64,000 nucleotides of DNA from IMG/VR virus record IMGVR_UViG_3300037249_000709, positions 102,767-166,766 of that record. One strand, given 5' to 3'. Below the pieces are notes generated by a model that was not told the origin of the DNA, did not search any database, and worked only from the letters and a program-made list of their open reading frames with translations. The translations under genes were made by a program, and so were the position numbers. Within the stretch, counting starts at the first letter, position 1. Every line of letters begins with the position of its first letter. Source of the DNA: a virus (lineage: Duplodnaviria > Caudoviricetes). Shown here piece after piece: positions 1-11,763 of the stretch.

Positions 1-2
1 TC

Positions 3-797
3 TCCATTCTTAAAAGCAAAATGGAGGCTTGGCTTACTAAAAACACAAAAGCCGCAAAAACTTATGGTGCAGCCATTAAAGGACTTATCTCCGAATTAGA
101 CTCTATGGCTGCAAAGGGCGGAGTTTTAGCCACTGAGAACAAACGCATTGCAAGTAGCTTTAAACAAATTGATGCCGCTGCCGGAGCTGCTGGACTTAAA
201 GGAAGAACATTTTTTCAATCAGTCGGAAAAGCTGCTCAAAGTCTTGGGAGATACTTTGGAGTATCAACGCTTATTTATCGCTCGATTGCGACATTAAGAC
301 AAGGAATTAACGATGTCATTGATTTGGACACGGCGTTGGTGGACTTGCAGAAAACGGCAAAAGCTACGAGCGAGGAATTGTCAAATTTTTATTATGATGC
401 TAATGAGCAAGCAAAGGAATTTGGAGTAACAACAAAAGAAATTATTCAGAGTGCAGCGGACTGGTCACGTCTTGGTTACTCTTTGAATGATTCTAAAACA
501 ATGGCGCAAGTTTCATCTATATTCAAATCTATTTCTCCTGGAATGGATATTGATACAGCAACAAATGGACTTGTTAGTACAATGAAGGCTTATGGTATAG
601 AAGCGAACGATGCGCTTGATGGAATTGCAAGTAAAATTAACGCAATAGGTAATAGTCAAGCGTTAAGTAACAATGATATTGTTGATTTCCTAACAAGGTC
701 ATCATCGGCTATGGCAGAAGCAAATAACTCATTGGAACAAACTATTGCAATAGGTACGGCTGCAACAGAAATAACTCAGGACGCAGCAAGTGTCGGT
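3..797 (+). CDS. Phage tail tape measure protein, exon A (5' end lies outside the window)
   Basis: Frame is open from the window edge. TP901-type tape measure core motifs are present (LDTALVDLQK, SAADWSRLGY, INAIGN, NSLEQTIA). Ends at ...ASVG, just before the group I intron P1 helix. Confidence 0.9.
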
Positions 798-2105
798 AAG
801 TAGCGTTGCCGACAATAAAAATAGCTATATCGGTTAAAATCCTGCGGAGGGCAAGACCGAGGAAAGACTTTTTTAGATGTTTATTTATAAAATTCGGAAT
901 AAGGGAAGTGAAATATGAAGAAAAATAGAGTGATATGTAATTGCGATAATTGCGGAAAAGAGATAAGTAAAAAGAAAAGTGAATACGAAAAATCAAAACA
1001 TCATTTTTGTAGTGTAGAATGTCATTCAAAATGGCAGGATAAAAAACTGATGGTTGAGTGCGAAAACTGCGGTAAATCAGTTATACAAACATTCACTCAG
1101 TATAATAGAGCAAATCATCATTATTGTAGTAATAAATGTCAACGAGAATTTCAACACAAACAGAAAACCGAAAAAAGAGTATGTGAAATATGTGGAGTGG
1201 AGTTTGAGGTTAGCAAACTTTCTAAGCAAAAACTATGTTCAGTAGATTGCCAGCACGAATGGCAAAAACTACAAATCGGGGAATTAAGTCCACATTACAA
1301 TAGAGAAACCGTAAAATGTGAATATTGTAATAAGGAATATGCAGTGCCACAACACAAAATAAAAAATGGGCAACATTTATTGTGTTCTGTGGAATGCAAA
1401 CGAAAATGGTATTCAGAGGTGTGGTCGCAAGACGAAGATTGGAAAAAAGAGTCCAGACTTAGAGCAGTCAGAATATTACAAGATGGATTGATTAACACAA
1501 ACACTAAACCACAAAGAGATGTGAATGCTATATTAGATAATTTAAATATACCATATATTAATGAAAGTTCATTTAAATATTACGCCGTTGATAACTATTT
1601 GCCTAACCAAAATTTAATAATTGAAGTAATGGGAGATTATTGGCACGGAAACCCCTAAGATTCGGTTATAATTATAATGAAATACAGGCTAAAAGAATAC
1701 GGCAAGACAAAGCTAAACACACCTATATTAAAAAATATTATGATATTGAAATTTTATATCTTTGGGAAAAGGATATAAATGACAATCCAGTTCTATGTGA
1801 AAAGATTATTAAAGAATACATAGATAATCACGGTATATTAAACAATTATCAATCTTTTAATTATCGTATTGAAAATAATGAATTGAAGCTAAATACAGAT
1901 TTAGTTAAAGCATATTTTGAACAATAACATCTAAAAAGAATCCGTAGAGACTGTAATACTCACTATGGCAACATAACGAGTTCCGCTATTGACAGAAGAT
2001 ACAGTCCGAACTGCAACTATAACCTAAATGAAATTGCAGAGTTAGCCAGAAATGACTAACCGCCGCTTATGCGGTCAGTACCGAAAGGGAAAGTAACAGA
2101 TATTG
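798..2105 (+). ncRNA. Group I intron 1 in the tape measure gene, carrying an endonuclease ORF
   Basis: P1 GTCGGT(792-797)/GCCGAC gives a U.G pair at the 5' splice site. IGS AGCGTT pairs with 3' exon AACGCT (P10). P7 is GACTG(1949-1953)/CAGTC(2002-2006) with J8/7 AAGATA. Terminal G at 2105. Splicing gives in-frame ASVG|NALKTISMRIRG. Confidence 0.92.
915..1927 (+). pseudogene. Intron-encoded homing endonuclease (CxxC..CSxxC zinc-finger repeats plus Vsr/DUF559-like nuclease domain), frameshifted at about 1655
   Basis: ORF 915-1658 has four CxxC...CSxxC repeats and IIEVMGDYWHGNP. The nuclease domain continues in the -1 frame (1640-1927, DKAK...ILYLWE). The ORF is enclosed by the stem TTTTTAGATGTT/AACATCTAAAAA. 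Confidence 0.75.
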
Positions 2106-2679
2106 AACGCTTTAAAAACAATAAGTATGCGCATCCGCGGCTATGACGAGGAAACTTCGGAGTACATAGGTGATGTCGAAGTCCTAAGCGGTAAAATCGC
2201 AAATGTTACAAAAACAGCGTCAAGTCCAGGTGGTATCTCACTATTTACAGATGCAAGTAAAACCGAATATAAATCGACTTATGATTTATTAAAAGATATA
2301 TCCGAGATATATGATGAACTTACGGACAAGCAGCAAGCAGAACTTCTTGAATTACTTGCAGGCAAGAGACAAGGAAATGTAATTGCGTCAATTTTAAATA
2401 ACTTTGAAGCCGCAGAAAACTCAATGACAACAATGGCTCAAAGTGCTGGTTCTGCAATGAACGAAATGGGCATCATTGAAGAATCGCTTGAATACAAACT
2501 TAATGCCCTAAAAGAAACAGGCGTTGGTGTGTTCCAGAATCTCTTTGATAGAGGCGATTTAGGAGCAGCCATCGAATTATTAACAGGCGTATTAGCCGCC
2601 ATCGACAAAATAACCGAAAGTCTTGGTCTATTCGGTACGACCATAGCAACTATCGGAATTGTCAAATTCATTAAGAACT
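2106..2679 (+). CDS. Tape measure protein, exon B
   Basis: NALKTISMRIRG...STYDLLKDISEIY...LAGKRQGN is the continuation of the tape measure core. It is bounded by predicted splice sites on both sides. Confidence 0.9.
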
Positions 2680-3261
2680 TCGATTAACTCATCAGGGTTA
2701 CATTATACACTTCCCAGAGTGTTTAATTGGTCTATTATGGGGGAGAAATTGTCATAATGGCGACAACATTCAATTCCATAAGAAGTAAAGTTCTAAAACT
2801 AAGCAAAAGGAGAAATTGCCTGAACCTATAATGCTCACTACACCATATATTGGTAGCCGAAAAACAAGGCAAATAAGTCAAACCGATGCACACGGGAGTG
2901 AGATTTCTACGGCTAAAAAATAATGCCGGACAGATATATAATTAGGAACTGGCAGCGAACCTACCACCGTTTAGGAGTACAGATAATCCGATAGGGTCAA
3001 AAGTTGCGCAAGCAATGTCGGGATAAGGGTCTAACTGGTAGGAACGTTCAGAGAGCATTATTCCTTGCAGTGAATAAAAGCCATATTTTATTCGCTGTTA
3101 ATGTATGTTCCAAAGTGCAAAAATAAATTCACCGTCGAAACGTTTAGCTTTGTTGTATAAGTTGGTGTGGAGGTGCTGGAAAGGTTTGTAGTGACCCCGT
3201 TTACAACTATGTCTTTAAGATATAAAACTACAATCACAATAATGCTAATGGAGGGAAAATT

Positions 3262-3441
3262 ATGAACGATAATAAAGAAATTAAAGATAATAAAGAGTCC
3301 TTAAATAAGGTCGTAGACTTGATATGTGGGTATATTACAAAGAACACCGATGAAACAAAGGACTATAACCGTTTTGTCGAGGATATGAAAAATGACGAGA
3401 AATTTCAAGAGATAATTAAAGAGATGACAGAACACATATAA
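3262..3441 (+). CDS. Small hypothetical protein (59 aa), intron cargo 1
   Basis: GGAGG RBS before the ATG. Translates as MNDNKEIKDNKESLNKVVDLICG...EMTEHI and is followed by a GCTGTAG/CTACAGC hairpin. Confidence 0.55.
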   Translation: MNDNKEIKDNKESLNKVVDLICGYITKNTDETKDYNRFVEDMKNDEKFQEIIKEMTEHI

Positions 3442-3495
3442 AAAAGCTGTAGCCACGCGACTACAGCCTTATGATTTGAAATAGAAGGGATATAT

Positions 3496-3684
3496 ATGGA
3501 TAACAAATACCATGCACAAGTGTACATCAAAATTTTAGACAAATGGGAAGAATATATTGCCAAACTAAAAGAAGAAAAAGGCGATAGCGATATTTCTCTT
3601 GAAAAAGCTATGGATTATGAAATCGAATTTGGAGTAATCCCGTTTGGTTGGCGACTTATGAATCATAGAGATGACATTGAGTAA
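3496..3684 (+). CDS. Small hypothetical protein (62 aa), intron cargo 2
   Basis: AGAAGGGA RBS and ATG start; ORF track. Confidence 0.55.
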   Translation: MDNKYHAQVYIKILDKWEEYIAKLKEEKGDSDISLEKAMDYEIEFGVIPFGWRLMNHRDDIE

Positions 3685-3700
3685 TTATAAGATTCTATTT

Positions 3701-4168
3701 TTAGCGAAACCTTTTTACGCACCTCTCAAAAATTAAAATTGTTTCTTCGATAGTTGCATTTGAGCCAAAGCCAGCAATAGATGCGGCATTAACACCCAAT
3801 TTATTTGTAAAAGTGTTTACTAAACGCCAGCCTTCCTGTCCGCGTCTTTTTAACTCGTAACATAAAGTGGCAGTATCTATTTCTCCAGTGGGTTTATCAC
3901 GAATAACGACAACATCATATTCGTAAAGGTCATTTATTTCAAGTTTTTTCGCAAGAGATGAGTCTTGTGCTAATTGGAAATTTCTATGAATGTTCTCTCT
4001 TTGTCTGTTATCAATACTTTGTTGTTCTAATCTTGTTGTTCTTTGTTGTTCGCGACGTTTGATTGTAGCAGGAGATATAACCTTTCTGTAGTTATAGTCA
4101 TAATTACAATTAAAGCAAACATCTGCATTGTCGCCAATCCACTCGTTGCAATTCGGACATCTTTTCAT
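3701..4168 (-). CDS. Zinc-ribbon plus DUF4177-like protein, antisense intron cargo 3
   Basis: N-terminal CPNC...CFNC. The C-terminal YEY...L...G.EGW.LV...LIFER pattern resembles DUF4177. Has an RBS (GGGGTGGTG) and its own promoter. Confidence 0.7.
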   Translation of the reverse strand: MKRCPNCNEWIGDNADVCFNCNYDYNYRKVISPATIKRREQQRTTRLEQQSIDNRQRENIHRNFQLAQDSSLAKKLEINDLYEYDVVVIRDKPTGEIDTATLCYELKRRGQEGWRLVNTFTNKLGVNAASIAGFGSNATIEETILIFERCVKRFR

Positions 4169-4190
4169 ACTATCACCACCCTTTTATACT

Positions 4191-4219
4191 ATTTTAATAT
4201 ATTTAAGCATTTATGTCAA
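4191..4219 (-). promoter_or_regulatory. SigmaA-type promoter for the antisense cargo gene
   Basis: Minus strand TTGACA-17 nt-TAAAAT, ending 22 nt upstream of the ATG at 4168. Confidence 0.7.
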
Positions 4220-4234
4220 TATGATTCCTCCTTG

Positions 4235-7200
4235 TTGATTTGCAATTAAAAACTCTGGGACTTCAAGGTGCAAACAGTATTGACATAGTAAGAATTGCTA
4301 CCCAAAATATGTCAAACGCAGATTTTGCGGCAGCATTATCGACTACTGCTCTAACAGAAGCAGAAAGGTTACAGCTTATAGCCGGACGGCAGCTCACAGA
4401 TGCAGAGTTAGAAAAAGCACTGGCAACCAATACATCGAGTGCTGCAAATGTTGGAGCTACCGTAACCACATTTAGCTTGGCAGGAGCATTTAATAGTTTA
4501 AAGACAGCTATTAAGGGCGTGGGTATTGCAATGATGAGCAACCCTATAACTGCCATTATCACAGTTGCTCTTACAGCTATTACCGTTATTTCGCGAGTAA
4601 AAGCCCATATAGATAACGTTGCCACTGAAATTAAAGAAAAATCTGAGGAAGCAGCAAACTCAATACAAGAAGTTAGCGATGCATTTCAAAAAACGACAGA
4701 AACTGTGGATAACATTGGAAAAAGATTTGCAGAATTAGCACAAGGAGTAGATTCGCTAACTGGAAAGAATATTTCTTTAACCACAGATGAATATTCTGAA
4801 TTTTTGAATTTAAGTAATCAGTTGGCAGAATTATTTCCTTCCTTAACAAGACATTATGACGAGAATGGAAATGCCATTGTAAATTTAAGTGGAGATGTAG
4901 ACACTATTGTTGGTAGTCTAAAGAATCTTGTAGATGTTCAACGCCAGGTTGCCAACCAAAATATTGCCGAGCAACTTCCCGATTTGTACGCAGGAACTAT
5001 CCAAAAATCAAGAGAATATCAAGCTGATGCAAAAATGTATCAAGATGAAATTCAGGGTACACTTTCCGCATGGGAAGGGATAAATGGTGGATTTATCAAT
5101 GGAAATATGCTAACAGTTCGTGCGCCTGTTGATACATTGGAAGAGCTTGAAAAAGTTGAGCAAATATATCTATCTGTATTAGATGATTTAGGTATTGCCT
5201 ATCAATATGCAGACAACTTAGATGGTATAAGATATAAAATCAATTCCTTTAGTAATATGAGTGCAAGTGAAATTTCAAATATGACTTCTCAAATTGAGAG
5301 TAGCGTAAAAGAGGCTTTACTTGCCGATACATCGTTAAATAAATATTTTGATGATTCATATAGGGATATTGAAAAATATAGTGGTCTTGTTGAGTCGAGC
5401 ATTAATAAGAACAAATCGAATTGGGCAGGTTTAACGCAAGCGCTCACGTCTTGGTTGTCTACTGATACCACCTATCAGGCATTAAGCGATGAAATGCAGT
5501 CCATTGTTCAGATGATGGTAAACAATGTGGATTTTGCTGAACTCGACTTTGATACTTGGGAAGAAGCGTCGCAGTATATTATAGATAGCATCATTGTTCC
5601 AATTTCTGAGGCTTCTGACGAAGTGCAGCAAGCGTATATCGACTTATTTAGTTTAGACTCCAATCTTTCTTATTCTACATATATGGCAAATGCGCAAAAG
5701 GCAATCAGTGCCATTGCAAGTGGTTTAGGAAAATCTTATGAAGAAATCGCCAAAGCAGTAGGATATGATAATACCCTTGATGATTTGCAAAAGAAAAGGG
5801 ATAAAGTTTTAAATAGCTTATTTTCATACGGCGAAATTCGTTGGGGTGGCGGAGCAAATAAAGCAAACTCGCTTTCCGCTGCGCAAATCAACCAAGCATA
5901 TAGTTATATCACTAATTACGGTGTTAAAACTTGGAAAGAACTCCAATCCGCTTTTGCTAATAATACTTATGGGCAGCTTATAGACCTTGAATCCGAAACG
6001 GAAAGTTTAAAGAACTTTAATACGGCAATTAGCGAGTCGGCATCTGCAACTGGTATGAGCGCAGATTCTCTAACTAATTTAAGCGAAAGATATAAAGACG
6101 TAGAAGGTCACGAAGCTGCTTTATCTAATCTTTACACTAAAACTTCAACAGGCATTCGTGTTAATGTTAAGTCCGCTCGTGAGCTTGAAAAAGCATATAA
6201 TAGTCAGAAGAAAGAACAGCAAATCAAGCAAATAGATTCCTTGAAAAAGAAATACAAGGAATTAACGGACGAAATGCGAGGAACGACCGATGCAACGAAA
6301 TATGCTGAGTTGTATAATCAACGGGCAAACATTGCTGCTCAAATAGATGATGCTACAAGATTAGCCTCACAATACCAAGCATTAGCCTCTTATTATAATG
6401 CTTGGCAAGCGGCAATGAGTTCAAGCAATCCCAGTGACCCATATAGCAACATTCAGTCTGGTTATGATAAAATTGGGGAACTAATCGAGCAAGGCTGGGC
6501 ATACAAAGATGAGGTTGACACTTATTTAGACCTATTACTAAATCCAGACGTTCGCACAAATGATAATGTGGCGGATTATGATAAGTTGGGAGAAAAAATA
6601 GGTAATACAAATTTTTCAATCAAAGATTTCTTTGTTACAGATGACGATGGAAATCTGGTGTCTGATGGAGTATTCAATTTTCTTGATGCTATCAAGGAAG
6701 GATTAGGAGAGGATTATGTAAAAATTCTTTCTGATGGAACATATTGGTGGGATTTAACTGGTGACAAAGCAGAAGCTGTTGCGAAGTATTTAGGTGTATC
6801 AACTGAGTTTGTTGATTGGATGCAACAAGCATTAAAAGATATAACCGGGGACTTTACCGAAGAATCAATGTTCGGTGATTTAGTTATTGATGCGAAAGAT
6901 GCGGAGGAAGCTCTGTCGGGTCTTTTAACAAAAATAGATGATTCCAAAAACAAATATAATCTGGGTAATATTTATTTAAACTCCAATAATTTAAAAGATG
7001 TTAATCAGTATATTGAAAATATCGGAAACCTTATAAAGGACAACTTTTTAGGAAAAGATGGCAAAATCGACATCTCGGTAAATGGTGCAGAAGAAGCTAC
7101 CATTGTTTTAACGGCACTAATTCAGCAAAAAGCCGAATTGACTGCTCCTGCTATAATGTCTATTGATACAGAGGCATTAGACTCCACGGACGTACAGCTT

Positions 7201-10200
7201 GCAAATGCTATCGAGTTATTACAACAATTTATTACTTTGTCTGTACAATTAGAAACACAAAAATCGCTCGGTTTAGATACCACTAATACACAAACACAGT
7301 TGGTTAATGTGTCTAATACTCTTAATGGTCTACCCAAAGAGATAAAAACAAAAATAGGTATTGATGGAGAAGATGTTTCTAAATCTATTACAAATATTGC
7401 CAACACTAATGTGACTGCCGGGGTTAAACTAAAAGACGGAGATATTGATACCGTAAAGAAAACCATCGCAGGAATTGACCCAAAGACCATTGAATTGCTT
7501 ACCAACTCCGATGATACGATAGATGACCTTAATGAGGTCGAGAAATTCACGATTCACGACAAGCCGTTTAAGGTAAAGATGAGCGGTTATTCTGCCGCAA
7601 TGGGAAATATGCGTAATCTGGATTCATTCCAATTTGATACCAAAGTTATTACTATTAGAACAGAATATATTGATGGTGACATAGATGGTTCTGGCAGAGC
7701 GCAAGGCACAGCTCATGCAAGAGGAACAGCATTTGTGTGGGGGTCTGCATATCAAAGTGGAGATTGGGGAGTCAAGAAAGATGAAGTTGCGTTGGCATCT
7801 GAGGTCGGCACTGAAATAGTTGTACGAGATGGTCATTTCTTTACAATCGGAGAAAATGGTGCAGAGTTCTTCCATTTCAAGAAGAACGATATTGTATTTA
7901 ACGCTGAACAGTCAAGACAACTTTTGGAGAATGGTAAAATAACAAATGGCAAAAAGCGTGGAGTGGTATATGCAAACGGCACAGCCTATGCAAACGGAAC
8001 TCCATATGCAAGTGGTGGCGGCAGCACTGGAACAGCCAGCAGACGAAGAACTACTATTGAACAACAAGTCGAAGAAGCTACGGCAGAGGAAGTTTCAAAT
8101 GTCATTCCAGATGTAGATGATTATAATGCCGATGATAGCTTTAAATACATAGACCGCGTAGAGATTTTACTTGACAGAATACACCGAAAAATCGACGCCG
8201 TTAAGGATGCAATTAGTGACGTATTTAGTTTGTGGAGTGATAGAGGTGACAATATCACAAAACAAATTGGAAATATAACCGATGAAATTGGAACACAAGA
8301 AGCCGCAGCAAAACGATACCTTGAAGAAGCTCGCAAACAAATTGACAAATACGGATTAGACCCTGACTGGGTAAAGTCTATAGAAGAAGGCAATATTGGT
8401 TTTATTTATTTAACCAACCTTGATGAATTACACGAGGGCTACGAGGAATACAAGAAATGGTACGAAAAGTATCTCGATGCTCGTGACACGATTCAAGGGT
8501 TAAACAATGACTTATCTCAACTTTACAAAGATGAGTTTGATAATATAAAGAGTAATTATGATAATCAAATTGACCTCAATGAATATTTGCAAGATTCAAA
8601 CGAAAAAACATATACTCAAAGCACAACTTACTTTGATGATATGCGCAATATTTATCAAGGGAATTTAGGTTTACTAACAAAGGAAGCGCAAGAACTCGAA
8701 GCTCAACTACAAAAAGCAGTAAATGAAGGTAAAATCGAGGAAGGCTCGGAAGCATGGCAAGAAATGCGGAAAGACATCAATGATGTCAAAAAGGAAATAG
8801 CTTCAACTAATGTAGAACTTGCCAAGTTGTATACAGAGCAATTTGAATATATTGAAAATAATTATAAAAACCAGATAGACTCTTATCAGAGTCTTAACGA
8901 TGCCAACGAAAAGAATTTTACCGCAACCACTAATTACTACAAAGAAATGCGGGAAATATCGAAGAAAACATTGACAGCACAAGAGGATGAGCTTGCCGAG
9001 CTTGAAGATGAATTTGCTAAAGCTATGGATTCCGGCAGAATAGAGGAAGGCTCAGAAGCATGGTACAAAATGCGCAGTGCTATTGATGATACTAAGCGAA
9101 GCATTGCCGCAACCCGTGTAGAACAAAAGCAGCTATACCTGGATGAGTTCAACTATATGCAAGACAACTATAAAAATCAGTTGTCGCTATATGAGCATAC
9201 CGCAAATATGTATAGTAAACGAGCGACTTCTATGGAAACACGTGGCTATGTAACAAGCAGTACGCTTTTAAACAAGCAAGCCGAATTACAGCAAAAGAAT
9301 TATTCGCTTTTGAGAGAAGAACTTATTTCCTTGGAGGACGAATATGCAAGAATAATGGCAACTGGCGAAATTGAGAAATATAGTGCAAAATGGTATGAAC
9401 TAACCAATAGTATCAATGCCGTTAAAGAAGCTATGTACGATTCGAGAATAGAAGCCGAAAAACTCTTTAAGGCTATGGAGCAAGTTGACGAAGATAAATT
9501 TGCTTTGCAGCAAAGTATGATTTCGCAACAGCAGGATGAGAGCGACTTCTTTATAAATCTAATGAGCTTTACCGATTTGCACAACAAAAAAGGAACGCTC
9601 ACAGATGCCGGGCTTGCAACGCTTGGACTTCACAATTACAATGTTGATGTTAATAGCACGCTAAAAAGGGGTTATGATGAAGAAATTGCTCGTGTTGACG
9701 AACGGTATAGACTTGACCCATATAATATAGATTATTTGAAGTACAGACAAGAGCTGGTTCAAAATCGTCGCGAGGCTGTTATCGCCATTGAGAACGAAGA
9801 AAAAGCAATGATTTCTCTTGCTGAAAATGGCATTAAATTGGAACTCAACAAATTAAAAGAGCTTATTCAAACATACAAAGATGGTATAGACCAAGCAAAA
9901 GACTTGTATGACTATTCCAATCAGATTTCCGACAAGACGAAGAAAATTACCGACTTGCAGAAACAAATTTCTGCTTATGCTGGCGATACCTCAGAGGAAA
10001 CAAAAGCCATCGTTCAAAAGTTGCAGGTGGACATAACCGATGCACAAAAAGACCTTAACGATACAGAATATAGTCGTATGGTGACAGACCAAAAGAAGCT
10101 ATTAGATAGCCTTTATGACGAATATGAAGCGTTTTTAAATAGTAGGCTTGATGATAGAAACGCACTTCTTAATGACTTGAAAAATTCTGTTAATAGTGTC

Positions 10201-11361
10201 CCTGGTGCAATCCACGAATCTCTCACCGAAGTGGCTAATGCGGTTGGCGTTCCGCTTTCAGATGGTATGAAAAACACTTGGGAACAAGCGGCAAAAAACA
10301 TTGAAGCGTGGAACGCAACTCACGTAGCAGACCAACAAATAACTGAGCAAGCACTATTAGATACCTCTAATTCGTGGGCGACTTTTGGAGAAGGACTGAA
10401 CACTCGTCAGGACTTCTTGAATACGCAAGAGGGCGAAATTGTACTTGCTACAAATAATACCACCCAAGGTATCAACAAGGTGTGGGGCGACATTGGCGTA
10501 GCCGGCGGTCAAACGCTCGTAGAAAAAGCCGATGAAGATTATGTAAAAATGCGCGGTGATATGACCAATGACAAAAACGATATTGTTGGAGATATTACTA
10601 CGGGTATAACCAATGGTGTGTCCGATATTGATGGGAATGATAGCAATATAAATTCTAATCTAAGCACGGCAAATGATACTTTAAAGGATATTAAAGATTT
10701 TGTTGAGAAGATACAAGAACGTGCAGAAGAAGCAGCTACTCCTTATATGGGAGATGTTAATTTGGATGATAATGTTGACTCTGCCGATGCATTAAAGGTG
10801 TTGAGAGGCGCTGTTGCTCTGGAGAGATTAACGGAGAGTGAAAAAGCTCTTGCAGATGTTAATGGTGATGGTCAGATTGATAGCGCAGATTCACTAATGA
10901 TATTAAGGATGGGTATTGGACTTGAAGATAAAGTCAAGGTAAAAGCGTTTAGTACGGGTGGACTAAATGATACCCCAGGATTAGCAATGCTTCACGGAAC
11001 GAAAGAAAAACCCGAACTTGTTTTAAATGCTAACGACACAAAGAATTTTATCAATTTCAACGATACATTACGCGAGATGGAAAGAAGTCAAACACTTGAT
11101 TTTATGAGTGGTTATGCGGGCATCGAAGCACCACCGCTTCAATTAATAAAGTTGCCATCTTTTGCATCGGGTATGAGTAGTCCAACAATGAGTCAAGATG
11201 TTAGCATTACTAATAACTTTGCGATTGAGCGTGTGCTTGATTATAATGATATAGTTAATAAAATGCGAAACGATAAAAAGTTTGGAAAAGTAATACAAGA
11301 TATGAATATGAGTCAATTAGGTTATGGTAGCGATATGAGCAAAAATAAATATAGGTGGTAA
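4235..11361 (+). CDS. Tape measure protein, exon C (with C-terminal dockerin-like domain)
   Basis: Long helical, coiled-coil ORF with no good RBS or start. It has a hydrophobic segment, about 100-aa repeats (IEEGSEAW), and AFSTGG/ELVLNA motifs. The spliced product is at least 2831 aa within the window. Confidence 0.88.
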
Positions 11362-11364
11362 CTA

Positions 11365-11404
11365 AAAGTGCGGAGATACATTATCGTGTTTCCGCACTTT
11401 ACTT
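11365..11404 (+). terminator. Hairpin, possible intrinsic terminator after the tape measure gene
   Basis: AAAGTGCGGAGATAC...GTGTTTCCGCACTTT inverted repeat followed by a T-rich tract. Confidence 0.55.
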
Positions 11405-11422
11405 ATCCGAAAGGAAATAAAA

Positions 11423-11743
11423 ATGAATCAAGATAGAAAAATCAAACAACAAAGGCAGCGATTGCAAGACCTTTCTCGGCAAATTAAAGACCTTGAAGAT
11501 GAAAATAATTCGCTTAACAAAGAAATTGATAACCTGTATGCGATAAATGATATAAGGAATAAAGAGTTAGCCGAAACAAGAGAAGAATGTGAAACGGCAA
11601 AAAGAAATTATAAAGAATGCGCCGAAAATTTAAAGGAATTGCAGGAGCAGTATAAGACAATATTACAGCTTATGACACGAACAAAAGAACATTACGAAAA
11701 GGCTGTTAAAGAACTTATTGAACAAATAAAAACGGATATTTAA
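11423..11743 (+). CDS. Coiled-coil hypothetical protein
   Basis: AAGGA RBS and a heptad-rich sequence. Confidence 0.7.
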   Translation: MNQDRKIKQQRQRLQDLSRQIKDLEDENNSLNKEIDNLYAINDIRNKELAETREECETAKRNYKECAENLKELQEQYKTILQLMTRTKEHYEKAVKELIEQIKTDI

Positions 11744-11763
11744 AAATAGCAGGAGGTGATTCG

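Larger units (their letters stand above)
2680..4234 (+). ncRNA. Group I intron 2 in the tape measure gene, with cargo ORFs and no homing endonuclease
   Basis: IGS ATCAGGGTT (2691-2699) pairs with exon AACT (U.G at 2679) and with 3' exon TTGAT (P10). P3 is AAGGAG(2807-2812)/TTCCTT(3061-3066). The variant P7 is GAGCA(3053-3057)/TGTTC(3106-3110). P8 hairpin at 3067-3098, terminal G at 4234. Splicing restores KNF-DLQLK in frame. Confidence 0.8.

Noticed and set aside
795-2690. Stop-codon reassignment or readthrough explaining the broken tape measure gene
   Set aside because: The stops fall just inside predicted group I introns, and all three stop codons end normal genes elsewhere in the window.
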